Shown: one piece after another, positions 25,736 through 39,432 of the stretch
Layout: each line of letters begins with the position of its first letter
Position numbering within the stretch: position 1 is the first letter of the stretch
Origin: Heterodontus francisci
Lineage: Eukaryota
Direction: 5' to 3'
Length of the DNA stretch: 64,000 nucleotides
Assembly: GCF_036365525.1 (NCBI RefSeq)
Contig: NC_090378.1
Span: 105,344,151 to 105,408,150 of the forward strand
Position numbers and translations under genes: made by a program
Notes under the pieces: model-generated
Told to the model about the DNA's origin: nothing
Seen by the model: the letters and a program-made list of their open reading frames with translations, nothing else
The model's database searches: none

Positions 25736-28069
25736 CAAATGCAGCATTAACTAGTTCTTGCTCCTCCATAGCTGTTTCACACAATCGGCCTGTACTGTAC
25801 CTCAGTTGCATTGGTCTGGACAAGCCCTCTGAATTATACACTTCGCAATGCCACGCTGCAGTCTGGATATCACAAGAGGTGGGAAGCTGAAAAGCTACAA
25901 AGACACACCAGAGACCAGTGTAGAAGCAAACAATAATAACCCCGACTCTTGGGAAGACACAGCCGCCGACAGACCGCAACGGTGTCACATCTGTCGGGAA
26001 TGTTTAAAAGGATGACGGGCTGCGAGATCTGATTGCCAAGCGTGGGGAAGGTAAGGCAGCCAAGCTATCCGCCTCCTCTGGCTTTCAATATGATACGTGG
26101 CAACGGTACACGTGCGTCCAGAATCCGGCTTTTCTCCATCAACAGCCGCTGAGGCTCATCTGTCACCTCAACAGGGGATTCCAGCATCATGTCAGATGGA
26201 AACGCAAGGCTACTTTCTACATGCCAGTGGGTTTAATTCAAATCTGTTCTCGTTTATTAAAGTCTATCTTTTCCCAAGAATGGTTTGAGTAAACTTTCAG
26301 TAGAGCATGGGGAAACCTGTCAGCCAGTGAATTATAGTTCTGGAGGTTGTCTTCAATCAGGCCCACGCATCCAATCACATGGTCTCTGCGAAACTCAAGA
26401 GGCATATTTCAAACTGCAGTAAAAACATTTGCTCCTCTGGTACATGCGTTGATGCGACAAGCTCCTGGTCTGCAGAAATAATTATCTCCCTCTGTCCAGG
26501 TGGATGAATGCAGGCAAAGTTATGTCATGCTTGTTTTTGAGCAGTTCGGCCTGGAAGAAAGTCAAGGGTTTCAGCCATTCGCCTTTTCATGCTCCAGCCA
26601 AGGTATCCAAGAATAAATTCACTCTCCAAAGTCATCTGTCAGTGAACTCGGTGGAATAAAAATAACAACATTCACAAGCTTTACTGTGGAAGGATGAAGG
26701 TTTGCATATTTGGAGATCTGAGGAGAAACTGGAATGTGTTATTTTACACTAACAACTGATTTATGTAGGTATTTATATGCATATATATATCGTCTGGGTT
26801 CTAGCTAATGAACCAGGTTTCTTGGGAACAATGCGTGAGTTTTGAGAGCTAAATTTCTCCCCCTCCTCCGGATCGAAATCACATCCAGGGTCTCATATCT
26901 TTGGAAATATCCATGTTCAGGTTGGCATGTGGCCCAGCAGTTTCTGGTAGTGTTGGGGGGGACATAAAAGAGGCCCAATTCCTTTTTCTGCTGGGATACA
27001 GGCACCTTTATGACATGCCCCTGCACAACATACTGCACATGGACCCAGATGTAACAAGCTGAAGTCCACAAGCAGGGAACAATCGCAGAATCCTAGCAGC
27101 TCGGAAGAAGGTCTGCAACCTACTAGAAGGAAACCCTTGAGTATGTCAGGTTTCATCCAATATTGGACAAACTGCAGCTCTATACACACCTCAAGAGTAT
27201 ATCTCCACTTTCAAAACCAAAATCACCTCCACATCCTCAATTGCCATGATGTTGGAGCAGTTTGTTATCGGCTGAGCTTCCTTGCTTCTACAGGCTATTC
27301 TGATTACAACTCTCCCTCAGCACATAGTTTTGCTAGTGATTCCATGATGCATGGCGTTTTCACCCATGTTATACGCCATTTTAGTAGATAGCCAATAAAA
27401 AATAACCAAAGAAGCAAAACACTTACAACAATCAAAAAGCACTGAGCTCTTTGCATCACAGTTTGCCAACAGACACACGAACAAAACACTTAAACTGTGA
27501 TGCACACACACCATGAAAATGAGTATTGAGACCACATGCCAATGACATTGCCTATCTATAATAATACATGTTTTTTGTCCTTCCAGACTGTTTTTTTCAA
27601 CAGTTCAAGGGGTGGGCCTGTTGGTGGATTTATTTGGTGGGTGGTTCCTGACATATGCAGAGGCCCTTGAGGCACATGGAGAACTGGAGCGCATGACATA
27701 CATGCGGCTGCCAATAGTTAGTGGCAACAGTGGCAGGGTGGAGGGGGCAACAGTTGGTGGAGAACAAAACAGCGGAAGGAAAAGGGAACCCAACAACAAA
27801 GTTACCCTGGCTGGTGAGATTGTTTCCATCAGGGATGGGGATGGCAAGAGTGGCATGGGGATGGCATGGGATTTCACAAAGAAAAGTCATCTTAATGTGT
27901 GCAAATTCAGATTTAAGAGTGTAGAATATGACAGAACAGATTTTGTGAACATTGAATGCTTCTATAGGATGGCTTCATACTGAACTTCACTTCAATCTCA
28001 TTTTGTTTTAATATACAGAGTATGATGCCAATTCAAAAACTCCATAAACGGGCAATGATTTTACTTCCT

Positions 28070-29849
28070 AAAAGTAGGAGGAGGAGTGGGGCCTATTAGG
28101 GACAGAGAGGATAATATATGCCTCGAGGTGCAGGGCAAGACGAACATACTTAATGAGTACTTTGTATCAGTGTTCACTAAGGAAATGGAGGCTGACAAAA
28201 ATATCAGTAGAAGCAGAGAGAGGTAATGGATAGGGTAAAGATTGAGACCGGGGAGGTACTAAAAAGGCTGGCTCTCCTTAGGGTAGATAAGTCACCTGGT
28301 CCAGATGGCTTGCACCCCAGGTTGCTAAAGGAAGTGGGGATTGAGATAGCAGAAGGGCTTGCCACAATCTTCCAATCTTCCCTGGATACGGGGGAAGTGC
28401 CAGAGGACTGGAGAGTAGCAAATGTGACACCCTTATTCAAGAAAGGGGGTAAGGACAGTCCTAGCAACTCCAGGCCAGTTAGTTTAACATCAGTGGTGGG
28501 TAAGGTTTTAGAAACAATAATCAGGGAAAATATAAATGGACACTTAGAGAGATTCGAATCAATTAAGGAGAGCCAACATGGGTTTGTAAATGGACGATTA
28601 TGCTTGAGTAATCTAATTACATTTTTTGATGAAGTAACAGAGAAGGTTGTCGAAGGGAATGCGGTGGATGTTGTTTATATGGATTTTAAGAAAGCATTTG
28701 ATAACCAGCCTTTTATGTGGTACCTTAAGAAAATTGAGGCTCATGGAATAGGAGGGTCAGTGTCCAATTGGATAAAAAAAATTGGCTTAAGGACAGAAAA
28801 CAGCGAGTCATAGCAAATGGTTGCTTTTCAGACTGGAGGATGGTAGACAGTGATGTTGCCCAAGGATCAGTGCTAGGACCACTGTTTTCCTCATATTTAT
28901 AAATGACTTGGATATTGGAATATAGAGTAAAATTTCAAAACTTGCTGATGACATCAAACTTGGAGGTGTGGCAGTAAGTGAGGATGATATAAACTGCCTG
29001 CAACAGGACATAGGCTAGCAGAATGGGCAGAGAGGTGGCAGATGGAATTTAATACTGACACGTGTGAGGTGATGCATTTTGGCAGAAGGAATAGGGAGAG
29101 GCAATATATACTTAATGGCGTAGTTCTAAAGAGTGTACAGGAACAGAGGAACCTGAGGGTGCATGTGCATCAATCTTTGAAGGTGCAGAACATATTGAGA
29201 GAGTGTTTAGTAAAGCATATGGGATCTTGGGCTTCATAAATAGAGGCATCGTGTACAAAAGCAGGGAAGTTATGCTTAACCTTTCGAAAGCTCTGGTTAG
29301 GCCCCAACAGGAGAATTGTGTCCAATTCTGGTCACCACACTTCAGGAAGGATGTGAAGGTCCTTGAGAGGGTGCAGAGGAGATTTACCAGAATGGTCCCA
29401 GGGATGGGGGATTTTAGTTACAAGGTTGGGTTGGGAAGGCTGGGTCTGTTCTCCTTGGAACAGGGGAGATTGAGGGAAATTTTAGTAGAAGTGTAGAAGA
29501 TTATGACAGGCTTAGATAAGTTAGACAAGGAAAAACCGCTCCCATTAACAAATAGTACTCGGACTCGAGGACACAGATTGAAGGTTTTGGGCAAGGGATG
29601 CAGGGGAATATGGGGAGGCACTTTTTTAAGCAACGGGTGGTAATGACCTGGAACTCGCTGCCCAAAAGGGTGGTGGAAGCGGAGACAAACGACGACTTCA
29701 AGAGGAAGTTGGATAGCCACCTGAGAGAAATAGACTTGCAGGGCTACGGGATCAAGTGGAGGAGTGGTACTGCCTGCATAGCTCCGTGGAGAGACAGCAT
29801 GGACTCGACGGGCTGAATGGCCTCGTTCTGTGCTGTAAATGACTCTATG
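28070..29849 (+). mobile_element. CR1 LINE, 5'-truncated (RT to 3' UTR)
   Basis: ORF 28226-28813 KSPGPDGLHPRLLKE...YMDFKKAFD; downstream LADD motif, QFWSPH, WNSLP; tail GACTCTATG. Confidence 0.95.
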
Positions 29850-29966
29850 GGACAGATGGAAGGAATGGGATGGGGATGGTGTGGGAAGGATGGAATGGGG
29901 GTGGCATGGGAGGGATGGATGAGATGATGGAATTGGTTAAGTGTAGCAAAATGGGGGGGGGGGGGG
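29850..29966 (+). repeat. G-rich low-complexity tract
   Basis: Degenerate GGAT/GGGAT repeats followed by a poly-G run. Confidence 0.7.
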
Positions 29967-30817
29967 ACAATTATTTGATACATCTTATTATTCGAAAGCT
30001 ATTCTTTGTACTAAAAATGAAGATTCATGAGATTTGAATGGGAAAGTTTTAGAAAAGCTGTCAGGTGAATTAAAAGAAGACATCAGCATTGATTCTATGG
30101 ATGAAGATGATGAGAGCAGTCTATATCCTCCAGGGTTTCTAAACAGTCTAACTCCAATGTGCAAGCCACCACACAAACATAGGGCTGAATTTTATAGGGG
30201 CCTCGATGTCGGGATCCATGGTGGGAGAGGGACGAAGATTGCCCCGGATGAGGCCCGCCACCGACCACGACACCAGCAGGGCCCGTCTGATCTTGATGGC
30301 GGCGGCAAGGCCTCATGGTAGCACCCACCCCCCCCCCCCCCCCACCCCTCGCTCGGCGACGGGGCCTCAATTTACATATTAAAATAAATTAACTTACCTG
30401 CATTAATGAAGTTCCCGTCGCCTCCTGATGTGCCGTCGTGATCTTCATCCTGACAGGTGGCACTGCCGCACCTTCAGATCCCCGTCCGGGGAAACGAGGC
30501 GCAACACCTGTGGGGAGGGGGGGCGGCGGGGGGAGGAGGTAATTTTCTCAGTGCGGGAGTGGGGGAGTGGGGTCAAACTTTTTGGATTGGTTGGGTGGAT
30601 GGTGAGAAGGGGTTGAGGGTTGGAGTTTATGAACTTTGGGGTAGAGCATGGCTTGTTTTTTACGCATGGACGACTTGATGTAAATTTTTCCAAAGTGAGA
30701 AGTTTTGATTCTGTTAAAGTCTGTGGTGAAAGAATAACCAGAAATTCTGTATTTAAAGAAATTCTGTTGCAATTAAGATACCAATTTAACTGCAAATGTT
30801 TTGCGGGTCTCTGCTAG
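29965..30817 (+). mobile_element. Helitron 3' end (PIF1-type helicase remnant and terminus), interrupted
   Basis: 29992-30177 encodes SKAILCTKNEDS*DLNGKVLEKLSG...YPPGFLNSLTPMCKPPHK; ~30652-30770 encodes FTHGRLDVNFSKVR...TRNSVFKEIL; hairpin CTGCAAA-TGT-TTTGCGG (30790-30806), then CTAG (30814-30817) followed by T. Confidence 0.85.
30182..30650 (+). mobile_element. Harbinger-family non-autonomous element, one end only
   Basis: Begins GGGCTGAATTTTA, the same TIR as 13708/16548, with a similar CpG-rich subterminus; no partner TIR seen. Confidence 0.72.
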
Positions 30818-31199
30818 TTATTCATATTTTATTTAACATTCAAAAATGCAATTAGCCACATCTGGATTCCCATTAAGACACATCTGGCTGGCAGCTAACA
30901 TGGTGGGCAACAAAGCATGGACCTATTTTCCAAAAATCACCCGTGGATGTCGAGGAGGGACAGGAAAGAAGGGAGCAGCCTGCATTTATATGGCATGTTT
31001 GACAAACTCAGGGTCTCCCAAACTGCCTCAAAGCCAATTTTAATGTCTAGTCACTCTTATGGCTGATCTTACTGCTTCCGAGGCAAGAAGCCATCTGAGA
31101 TCAACCAACTTAGCACACGCTAGGAACTGAGCCAGACACCTTCCAGTCTATGTGGCTCAGTACAACACACACGTGACATATCTACCAACCAAACTCTGC

Positions 31200-33756
31200 A
31201 CAGTGCCAAGGTGAAGGAAATCTTGTCATAGCTGGAGAAGAACTCGGAGTAAGAGGGGGAGGATCCTATTGTTATAGTCCATGTAGGAACTAATGACGTA
31301 AGTAGCACTAGGAATGACGTTCTGCTGAGAGAGTTTGAGGAGCTAGGGTTGAAATTAAAAGGCAGAACCTCAAATGTAATAATCTCTGGATTGTTTCCTA
31401 AGCCACGTGCAAAATGGTTAAAGGAGAAAAAGATTAGAAGGTTAAATATGAAGCTGAAAGAGTGGTATAGGCGGCAGGGGTTTCCATTCATGGGCCACTG
31501 GCACCAGTACTGGGGAAAGAGGGAGCTGTTCCGATGGGATGGTCTCCACATAAACTGGGCTGGGACCAGTCTCCTGACAAAACGAATAACTAGGTGGTAG
31601 ACAAGACTTTAAACTAATGAAGGAGCAGTTGGAGGACTCAGGAAGGGGTCAATTCCAAAGCAATAAGAGAAATGTCGAGGTTGTAGAGCAGAGTAGCAAT
31701 TTGGGTAGTAATAAGAAGGGAAGGACAGAGATCTTAACAAAGGTAATGGGACATTACTGATTAAGGTGACAGCAGGAAAAAATGGAAAAAAATTTAAGCT
31801 AAAGGCACTATATTTGAATGTACAAAGCATTTGCTACAAAATAGATGAATTAATAGTACAGATAGAAATTAATAGTTTTGATCTAATAACCATTTTGGAG
31901 ACTTGGCTGCAGAGTGGCCAAGGCTGCAAATTAAATATTCCAGGATACTTGACTGTTAGAAGAGATAGGCAAAACAAAAAAGGAGAGGTTGCCCTGATAA
32001 TAAACGATGGGATAAAGAAAGTGGAGAGGAAGTATCTTAGCTCAGAAAATCAAGAAGTAGAATTAGTTTGGGTGGAGCTCAGAAACACAAGGGGCAGAAA
32101 ACAATGGTGGGAGTAGTTTATAGGACCAGTAACAGTAACTGTAGTGTCAGGGAATTGGAGATGCATGTAACAAAGGTAATATAGTAATCACGGGGGACTT
32201 AATCTTCATATAAACCGGGCAAACCAAATTTGCTGTAATAGTGTAGAGGATGAGTTCATGGAATGCATTCAAGATAGTTTTCCAGATTAGTATGTCAAGG
32301 ACACCATGAGGGAACGGGATATTTTGGATCTATTTTTTGTGTAATGAGACACAGTTAATTAATAACCTTGTAGTAAAGGAGCCTTTGCAGTTGAGTGATC
32401 GTTTTATCTTGAGTTTGAGAGTTATTTAGTTAAGTCCAAAATTAGAGTCTTAAATCAGAACAAAGCCAATTAAGCAGGTATCAGGGTTGCTTGGCTAAGG
32501 TAGATTGGGAAACTAGATTAAAAGCTATGATGGTAGACAGGCATTGGCAAACATTTAACAAATTAGTTTATAATCTGCAACAATTGTACATTCCCTTAAG
32601 GAATAAAAACCCCACAGGAAAAGTGTGTTAAAGAGAGTATCAGATTAAAGGAAGAGGCTTATAATGTTGCCAAAAAGAGTAGTAAGCCTGAGGATTGGAA
32701 AGGTTTTAAAATTCAGCATTGGATGACAATAATACTGATAAAGAAAGAGAAAGCAGGATATTAGAGTAAACTCGCGAGAGGTGTAAAGCAGATTGTAAAA
32801 GTTTCTATAAGTATGTAAAAAGGAAGAGACTAGAGAGTAAACATGGGTTCCTTAGAAGCTGAGACAGGAGAAATTATAATGGGGAATGACGAAATGGCAG
32901 AGGTAGTAAACAAATATTTTGTAGCGGTCTCACAGTAGAAGACACAAAAGCGTTTCCAGAAGTAATGGGGAACAAAGGATCTAATGAAGGACTTAAGGAT
33001 ATTAGTATTAGTATGGAAATAGCATTGGCGAGTTTAATGGGATTAAAAGCTGACAGATCCCCTGGACCTGATGGTCGACATCCTTGGGTTTTTAAAGAGA
33101 TCGCTGCAGACATATTGGATGCATTGGTTTTGATCTTCCAAGACTCCCTAGTTTCTAAAACACCTCCTGTGGATTGGAAGGTATTGTTTAAGAAAGGGGG
33201 GAGAGAGAAAACAGGGAACTATTGGCCAATTAGCCTAACATCAGTAATAGGGAAAATACTAGAATCTATGATAAGGGACATGATAACAGGGCACTGAGAA
33301 AATCATAATATGATTGGGCAGAACCAGCACAGTTTAGTGAAAGGGTAATTGTATTTGACAAATCTGTTAGAGTTTTTGGAGGATGTAACCAATTGGGTGG
33401 ATAAGGGGGAACCAGTGGAAGTGGTGAATATGGATTTTCAAAAAGCATTCGATGAGGTGCCACACAAGAGGTTATGACGCAAAATTAGGACTCATAGAAT
33501 TGAGGGTAATATATTAACTTGGATTGAGGATTGGTTAACTTAGAGCAGGAATAAACAGGATATTTTCAGGTTAGCAGGCTGTAACTAGCAGGGTACTGCA
33601 AGGATCAGTACTTGGACCTCGGTTATTTACAGTCTATATCAATGACTTGGATGAAGGGATCGAATGTAATGTATCAATGTTTGCTATTGATACAAAGATA
33701 GGTGGGAACGTTAGCTGTGAGGAGGATGAAAAGAGGCTACAAAAGAATTTAAATAG
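31200..33756 (+). mobile_element. CR1 LINE, 5' part (ORF1 esterase, APE, RT)
   Basis: DPIVIVHVGTND...WDGLHIN (SGNH-type ORF1); YLNVQSI...ETWL (APE); SPGPDG, QGSVLGP (RT). Resumes at 36553. Confidence 0.92.
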
Positions 33757-33904
33757 GATGTGCCGCCATCAGCAACTCATCCCTCATACCTGCACAATTG
33801 GCTCTGGTCAAATTTAAGACTCTATTTTCAACTTAACTAAATAACTCACAAACTCAGTATAAAATGATCACTCAATTCCAGAGACTCCTTTGCTACAAGG
33901 TTAT

Positions 33905-36552
33905 TACCATTACCATCGCTGGGTATGTCCTGTCCCACCGGCCGGACAGACCCAGCAGAGGTGGCGGCACAGTGGTATACAGTCGGGAGGGTGTTGCCTT
34001 GGGAGTCCTCAACATCAGTCTCTGGCATCAGGTCAAACATGGGCAAGGAAACCTCCTGCTGATTACCACCTACCATCGCCCCCCCCCCCCCCCCCCAGTT
34101 GATGAATCAGTACTCCTCCATGTAGAACATCACTTAGAGGAAGTACTGAGGGTGGCAAGGGCACAGTATGTACTCTGGATGGGGAACTTCAATGTCTATC
34201 ACCAAGAGTGGCTCGGTACCACCATTACTGACCAAGCTGTCTGAGTCCTAAACAACATAGCTGCGAGACTGGGTCTGCGGCAGATGGTGAGGGAACCAAC
34301 AAGAGGGAAAAACATACATGACCTTGTCCTCACCAATCTGCCTGCCGCAGATGCATCAGTCAATGACAGTATTGGTAGGAGTGACCACCGCACAGTTCTT
34401 GTGGAGATTAAGTCCCTTCTTTACATTGAGGATAACCACCATCATGTTGTGTACCACTGTGCTAAATGGGATAGACTATGAACAGATCTAGCAATGCAAA
34501 ACTGGGCATCCATGAGTCGCTGTGGGCCATCAGCAGCAGCAGAATTGTACACAACCACAATCTGTAACCTCATGGCCTGGCATTTCCCCCACACTACCAT
34601 TACCATTAAGATGGGGGATCAACCCTGTTCAATGAAGTGTGCAGGAGGACATGCCAGGAGCAGAAACAGGCACAGCTCAACCTGGTGAAGCTACAACCCA
34701 GCACTACTTGCGTGCCAAACAGAATAAGCAGCATGCAATAGACAGACCTAAGCGATTCCACAAACAACGGATCAGATCTAAGCTCTGCAGTCCTGCCACA
34801 TCCAGTCGTGAATGGTGGTGGACAATTAAACAACTAACAGGAGTAGGAGGCTCCACAAATATCCCCATCCTCAATGATGGGGGAGCCCAGCACATCAGTG
34901 CAAAAGACAAGACTGAAGCATTTGCAACGATTTCAGCCAGAGGTGCCGAATAAATGATCCATCTCAGCTCCTCCTGAAGTCCTCAGCATCACAGATGCCA
35001 GTCTTCAGCTAATTCGACTCACTGCATGTGATATTAAGAAACGACTGAAGGCCTTGGATACTGCAAAGGCTATGGCCCTGACAATATTTCGGCAATAGTA
35101 CTGAAGACCTGTGCTCCAGAACTCGCCATGCCCCTAGCCAAGCTGTTCCAGTACAGCTACAATGCTGACATCTACTTGGCAATGTGAGAAAATTGCCCAG
35201 GTATGTTCTGTACACAAAAAGCAGGACAAATCCAACCCTGCCAATTATCGCCCCCTCAGTCTACTCTTGATCATCAGTAAAGTGATGGAAGGTGTTGTCA
35301 ACAGTGCTGTCAAACGGCATTTGCTTAGCAATAACCTACTAAGTAACGCTCAGTTTGGGCTGAACTCAAGAGGTGAGGTGAGAGTGACTGCCCTTGACAT
35401 CAAGGCAGCATTTGACCGAGTATGGCATCAAGAAGCCCTTGCAAAACTGAAGTCAATGGGGATCGGGGGAAACACTCCGCTGGCTGGAGTCCTACCTAGT
35501 GCAAAAGAAGATGGTTGTGGTTGTTGAAGCTCAATCATCTCATTTCCAGGACATCACTGCAGAGTTCCACAGGGTAGTGTCCTAGGCCCAACCATCTTCA
35601 GCTGCTTCATCAATGACCTTCCTTCAATCATAAGGTCAGAAGTGGGGATGTTGGCTGATGATTGCACAATGTTCAGCACCATTTGCAACTCCTCAGATAC
35701 TGAAGCAGTCCGTGTAGAAATGCAGCAAGACTTGGACAATATCCAGGTTTGGGCTGATCAGTGGCAAGTAACATTTGCGCCACACAAGTGCCAGGCAATG
35801 ACCATCTCCAACAAGAGAGAATCTAAACATCTCCCCTTGACATCCAATGGCATTATCATCGCTGAATCCCCCACTATAAACATCCGGGGGTTACCATTGA
35901 CCAGAAACTGAACTGGAGTAGCCATATAAATATTATGACGACAAGAGCAGGTCAGAGGCTCGGAATCCTGCAGTGAATAATTCATCTCCTGTCTTCCCAA
36001 AGCCTGTCCACAATCTACAATGCACAAGTCAGGAGTGTGATGGAATACTCTGCACTTGCCTGGATGGGTGCAGCTCTAACAACACTCAAGAAGCTCGACA
36101 CCATCCAGAACAAAGTAGCCCACTTGATTCACACCCTATCCACAAATATTCACTCCCTCCACCACCGACGCACAGTGGCAGCAGTGTGTATCATCTACAA
36201 GATGCACTGCAGCAACACACCAAGGCTCCTTAGACAGCACCTTCCAAATCCACGACCTCTACCAACTAGAAGGACAAGGGCGGCAGTTGCATGGGAACAC
36301 CACAACCTGCAAGTTCCCCTCCAAGCCACACACCATCCTGACTTGGAACAATATCCCCTCGCCTTTCCTTCACTGTCACTGGGTCTAAATCCTGGAACTC
36401 CCTTCCTAACAGCACTGTGGGTATTCCTACCCCATATGGATTGCAGCAGTTCAAGAAGGCTGCTCACCACCACCTTCTCAAGGGCAATTAGGGATGGGCA
36501 ATAAATGCTGGCCTAGCCAGCGACGCCCAAATCCCTTGAATAAATAAAAAAA
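33905..36552 (+). mobile_element. LINE family B (CR1/L2-group APE+RT), nested in CR1
   Basis: GYVLSHRPDRPSRGGG, PTRGKNIHDLVLTN, SDHRTV, ANYRPLSLL, LDIKAAFDRVWH, LADDCT; A-rich tail. Confidence 0.92.
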
Positions 36553-37095
36553 GATTGGACAAGATCGTGGCAGATGGAATATAATGTGAGAAGTATGAAG
36601 TTATCCACTTTAGTAGAAAAGATAGAAAAGCAGAATATTCTTTAAATAGCAAGAGACTGTGAAATGTTGGTATTCAAAGGGATCTGGGCGTCCTTGTACA
36701 TGAATCTCAGAAATTTAACATGCAGGTCCAGCAAGCAATTAGGAAAACAAATGGTATGTTATCCTTTATTACAAACAGATTGGAGAATTTCAGTAAAGAG
36801 TCTTACTGTAATTATACAGGGCATTGGTGAGACCACACCTGGAGTACTGTGTAGTTGTTGTCTTCTTACTTAAGGAAGGATATTACTTACCTTCAAGTGA
36901 GTGCAACAAAGGTTCACTAGACTGATTCCTGGGATGTAGGGATTGTCCTATAAGGAAATACTGAATAAACCACGCCTATATTCTCTAGAGTTTAGTAAAT
37001 GAGAGGTGATCTCATTAAAACATATGAAATTCTTAAGGGGCTTGAGAGGGTAGATACCGGGAGGATATTTCCACTGGCTGGGGAGTCTAGAATAC
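36553..37095 (+). mobile_element. CR1 LINE, continuation after the nested insertion
   Basis: TGGCAGATGGAATATAATG (WQMEYN) follows directly on the KRLQKNLNR break at 33756. Confidence 0.9.
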
Positions 37096-37614
37096 AGTGT
37101 CTCCTCAGCCCTTTCTGACAGCACAGACCAGATATTGAACCTGGGAGCTTCCAGGTGTTTGTGGCTCAGCTCCTCACTGGTTTAACCATATGAGGCATCT
37201 GGAAAGCTGAACAATTAGCTTCAGGATCAATGCTTTTAAAAAGCATGCCTACATTTTGAAGGGGAAATCTGAATGGCTTGGAGTTCATTTAAGGCAGCCA
37301 AGACCTGAACCTGAAAGGCTTCTAGAATAAACGATGGATTCAGAATAGCTTCCTGAGCATATCTTTTTAGTGCTTGGATCCATACCAAAAATAGCTGCAG
37401 ACACATTCCATAGTGTTACAGCATTAGAATGCAGAGGCACAGACTGGCAGAGCAATTTAGTCAGCTAGGTGACCAACATGGCCAGATTTGAAGTGGGCAA
37501 TTTACTGTTGCTGTGACATTCAGTTGAACAGAACCAAGTAATGATGTACTTTGAGTCTCATGGTAATGGATGCATTTTGACTTTTTTCTCACATCCACAA
37601 CTTCACTAACTATT

Positions 37615-39432
37615 TCATAGCATCATCGAATCATTGAAAGTTAACGGCACAGAAAGAGGCCACTAGGTCCATCATGTCTGCACCAGCTGAAAACACAGAG
37701 CCACCCAGTCTAATCCCACCTTCTAGCATCTGGTCCGTAGCCCTGTAGGTTACGGCACTTCAGGTGCCCATCCAAGCACCTTTTAAATAGGATGAGGTTT
37801 TCTGCCTCTACCACCCTTTCAGACAGTGAGTTCCAGATCTCCACCACCCACTGGGTAAAAACAAATTTCTTCATCTCCCCTCTAATCCTTCTACCAATCA
37901 CTTTAAATCTATGCCCCCTCGTCACTGACCTCTCTGCTAAGGTAAATAGGCCCCTCCCACCCATTCTATCCAGGGCCCTCACAATTTTCTACATCTCAAT
38001 CAAACCTCACCTCAGCCTCCTCTGTTCCAAGGAGAACAACCCCAGCCTATCCAATCTTTCCTCATAGCTGCAATTTTCCAGTCCTGGCAACATCCTTGTA
38101 AAGCTCCTCTGTACCCTCTCTAGTGCAATTACGTCCTTTCTGTAATGAGGTGACCAGAACTGCACACAGTACTCAAGTTGTGGCCTATCTAATGTTTTAT
38201 ATAGTTCCAGCATAACCTCCCTACTCTTATATTCTATGCCTCGGCTAATAACGGAAAGGATTCCATATGCCTTCTTAACCACCTTATCTACCTGTCCTGC
38301 TACCTTCGGGGATCTGTGGACATTCACTCTAAAGACCCTCACTTACTCTACACCTCTCAGTATCTCCCATTTATTGTGTATTCCTTTGCCTTGTTTAACC
38401 TTCCCAAATGCATCACCTCACACTTCTCTGGGTTAAATTCCATTTGCCACTTTTCTGCCCATATAGCCAGTCCATTGATATCTTCCTGCAGTCTACAGCT
38501 ATCCTCCTCGCTATCCATCACACAGCCAATTTATGTGTTGTCTGCAAACTTCTTGATCATTCCCCTACATTTACGTCCAAATTGTTTATATATCCCACAA
38601 AAAGCAGGGGACCTGGGACGAGCCCTGTGGAACGCCACTGGAAACAGCCCTACAGTCACAAAAACAACCGTCACCAATTACACTTTGTTTCCTGCCACTG
38701 AGCCAATTTTGTATTTAGCTTCCTGCATTCTCCTGGATCCAATGGGCTATTATTTTTTTAACCAGTTTGCCATGTGGGACCTTGTCAAAAGCCTTGCTAA
38801 AATCCATGTAGACCACATCAACTGCACTACCCTCATCAATCCTTACCCTCATCAATCCTCCCTGTTACTTCATCAAAAAATTCAATCAAGTTAGTCAGAT
38901 ACGGCCTTTCCTTAACAAATCTATACCGACTATCCTTGATTAATCCCTGCCCTTCCTGTCTCTCAGAATTGATTCGATAATTTGCCCACTACTGAGGTTA
39001 GACTGACTGGCCTGTAATTATTCGGTCTATTCCTTGCTCCCTTTTTAAACAATGGTACAATGTTAACAGATTTCCAATCCTTCAGCACCACACCTGTATC
39101 CAGTGAGGATTGGAAAATGATGGTCAGACCTTCCACTATTTCCTCCCTAGCTTCTTTTAACAGCCTGGGGTACGTTTTATCTGGCCCTGGTGATTTATCC
39201 ACTTTCAAGCACGCTAATCCCCTTAATACTTCCTCTCTCCCTATGTTTATCACATCTAATACTTCACACTCTTCCTCCTTAACCGCAATGTCTGCATCTT
39301 CCCCCGCTTTTGTGAAGACAGGAGCAGTGTATTCATAAAGAACCATACCCACATCTTCTGCCTCCACACATAGGTTATCTTTTTGGTCTTTTATGGGTCC
39401 GACTCTCCTTAGTTATCCTCTTACTCTTAATT
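37615..39432 (-). mobile_element. CR1 LINE, 5'-truncated
   Basis: ORFs 38963-39367 (NYRPVSLTSVVGK), 38007-38342 (LEYCVQFWSPHYRKD), 37710-37982 (WNSL). Confidence 0.95.

Noticed and set aside
25317-25988. 223-aa ORF suggesting a domesticated RT
   Set aside because: Chance fusion of unique sequence to a frameshifted, internally deleted CR1 RT fragment.
35341-35375. Internal deletions in LINE family B copies as possible splicing products
   Set aside because: The junction examined does not fit GT-AG removal, and the two copies lack different segments.
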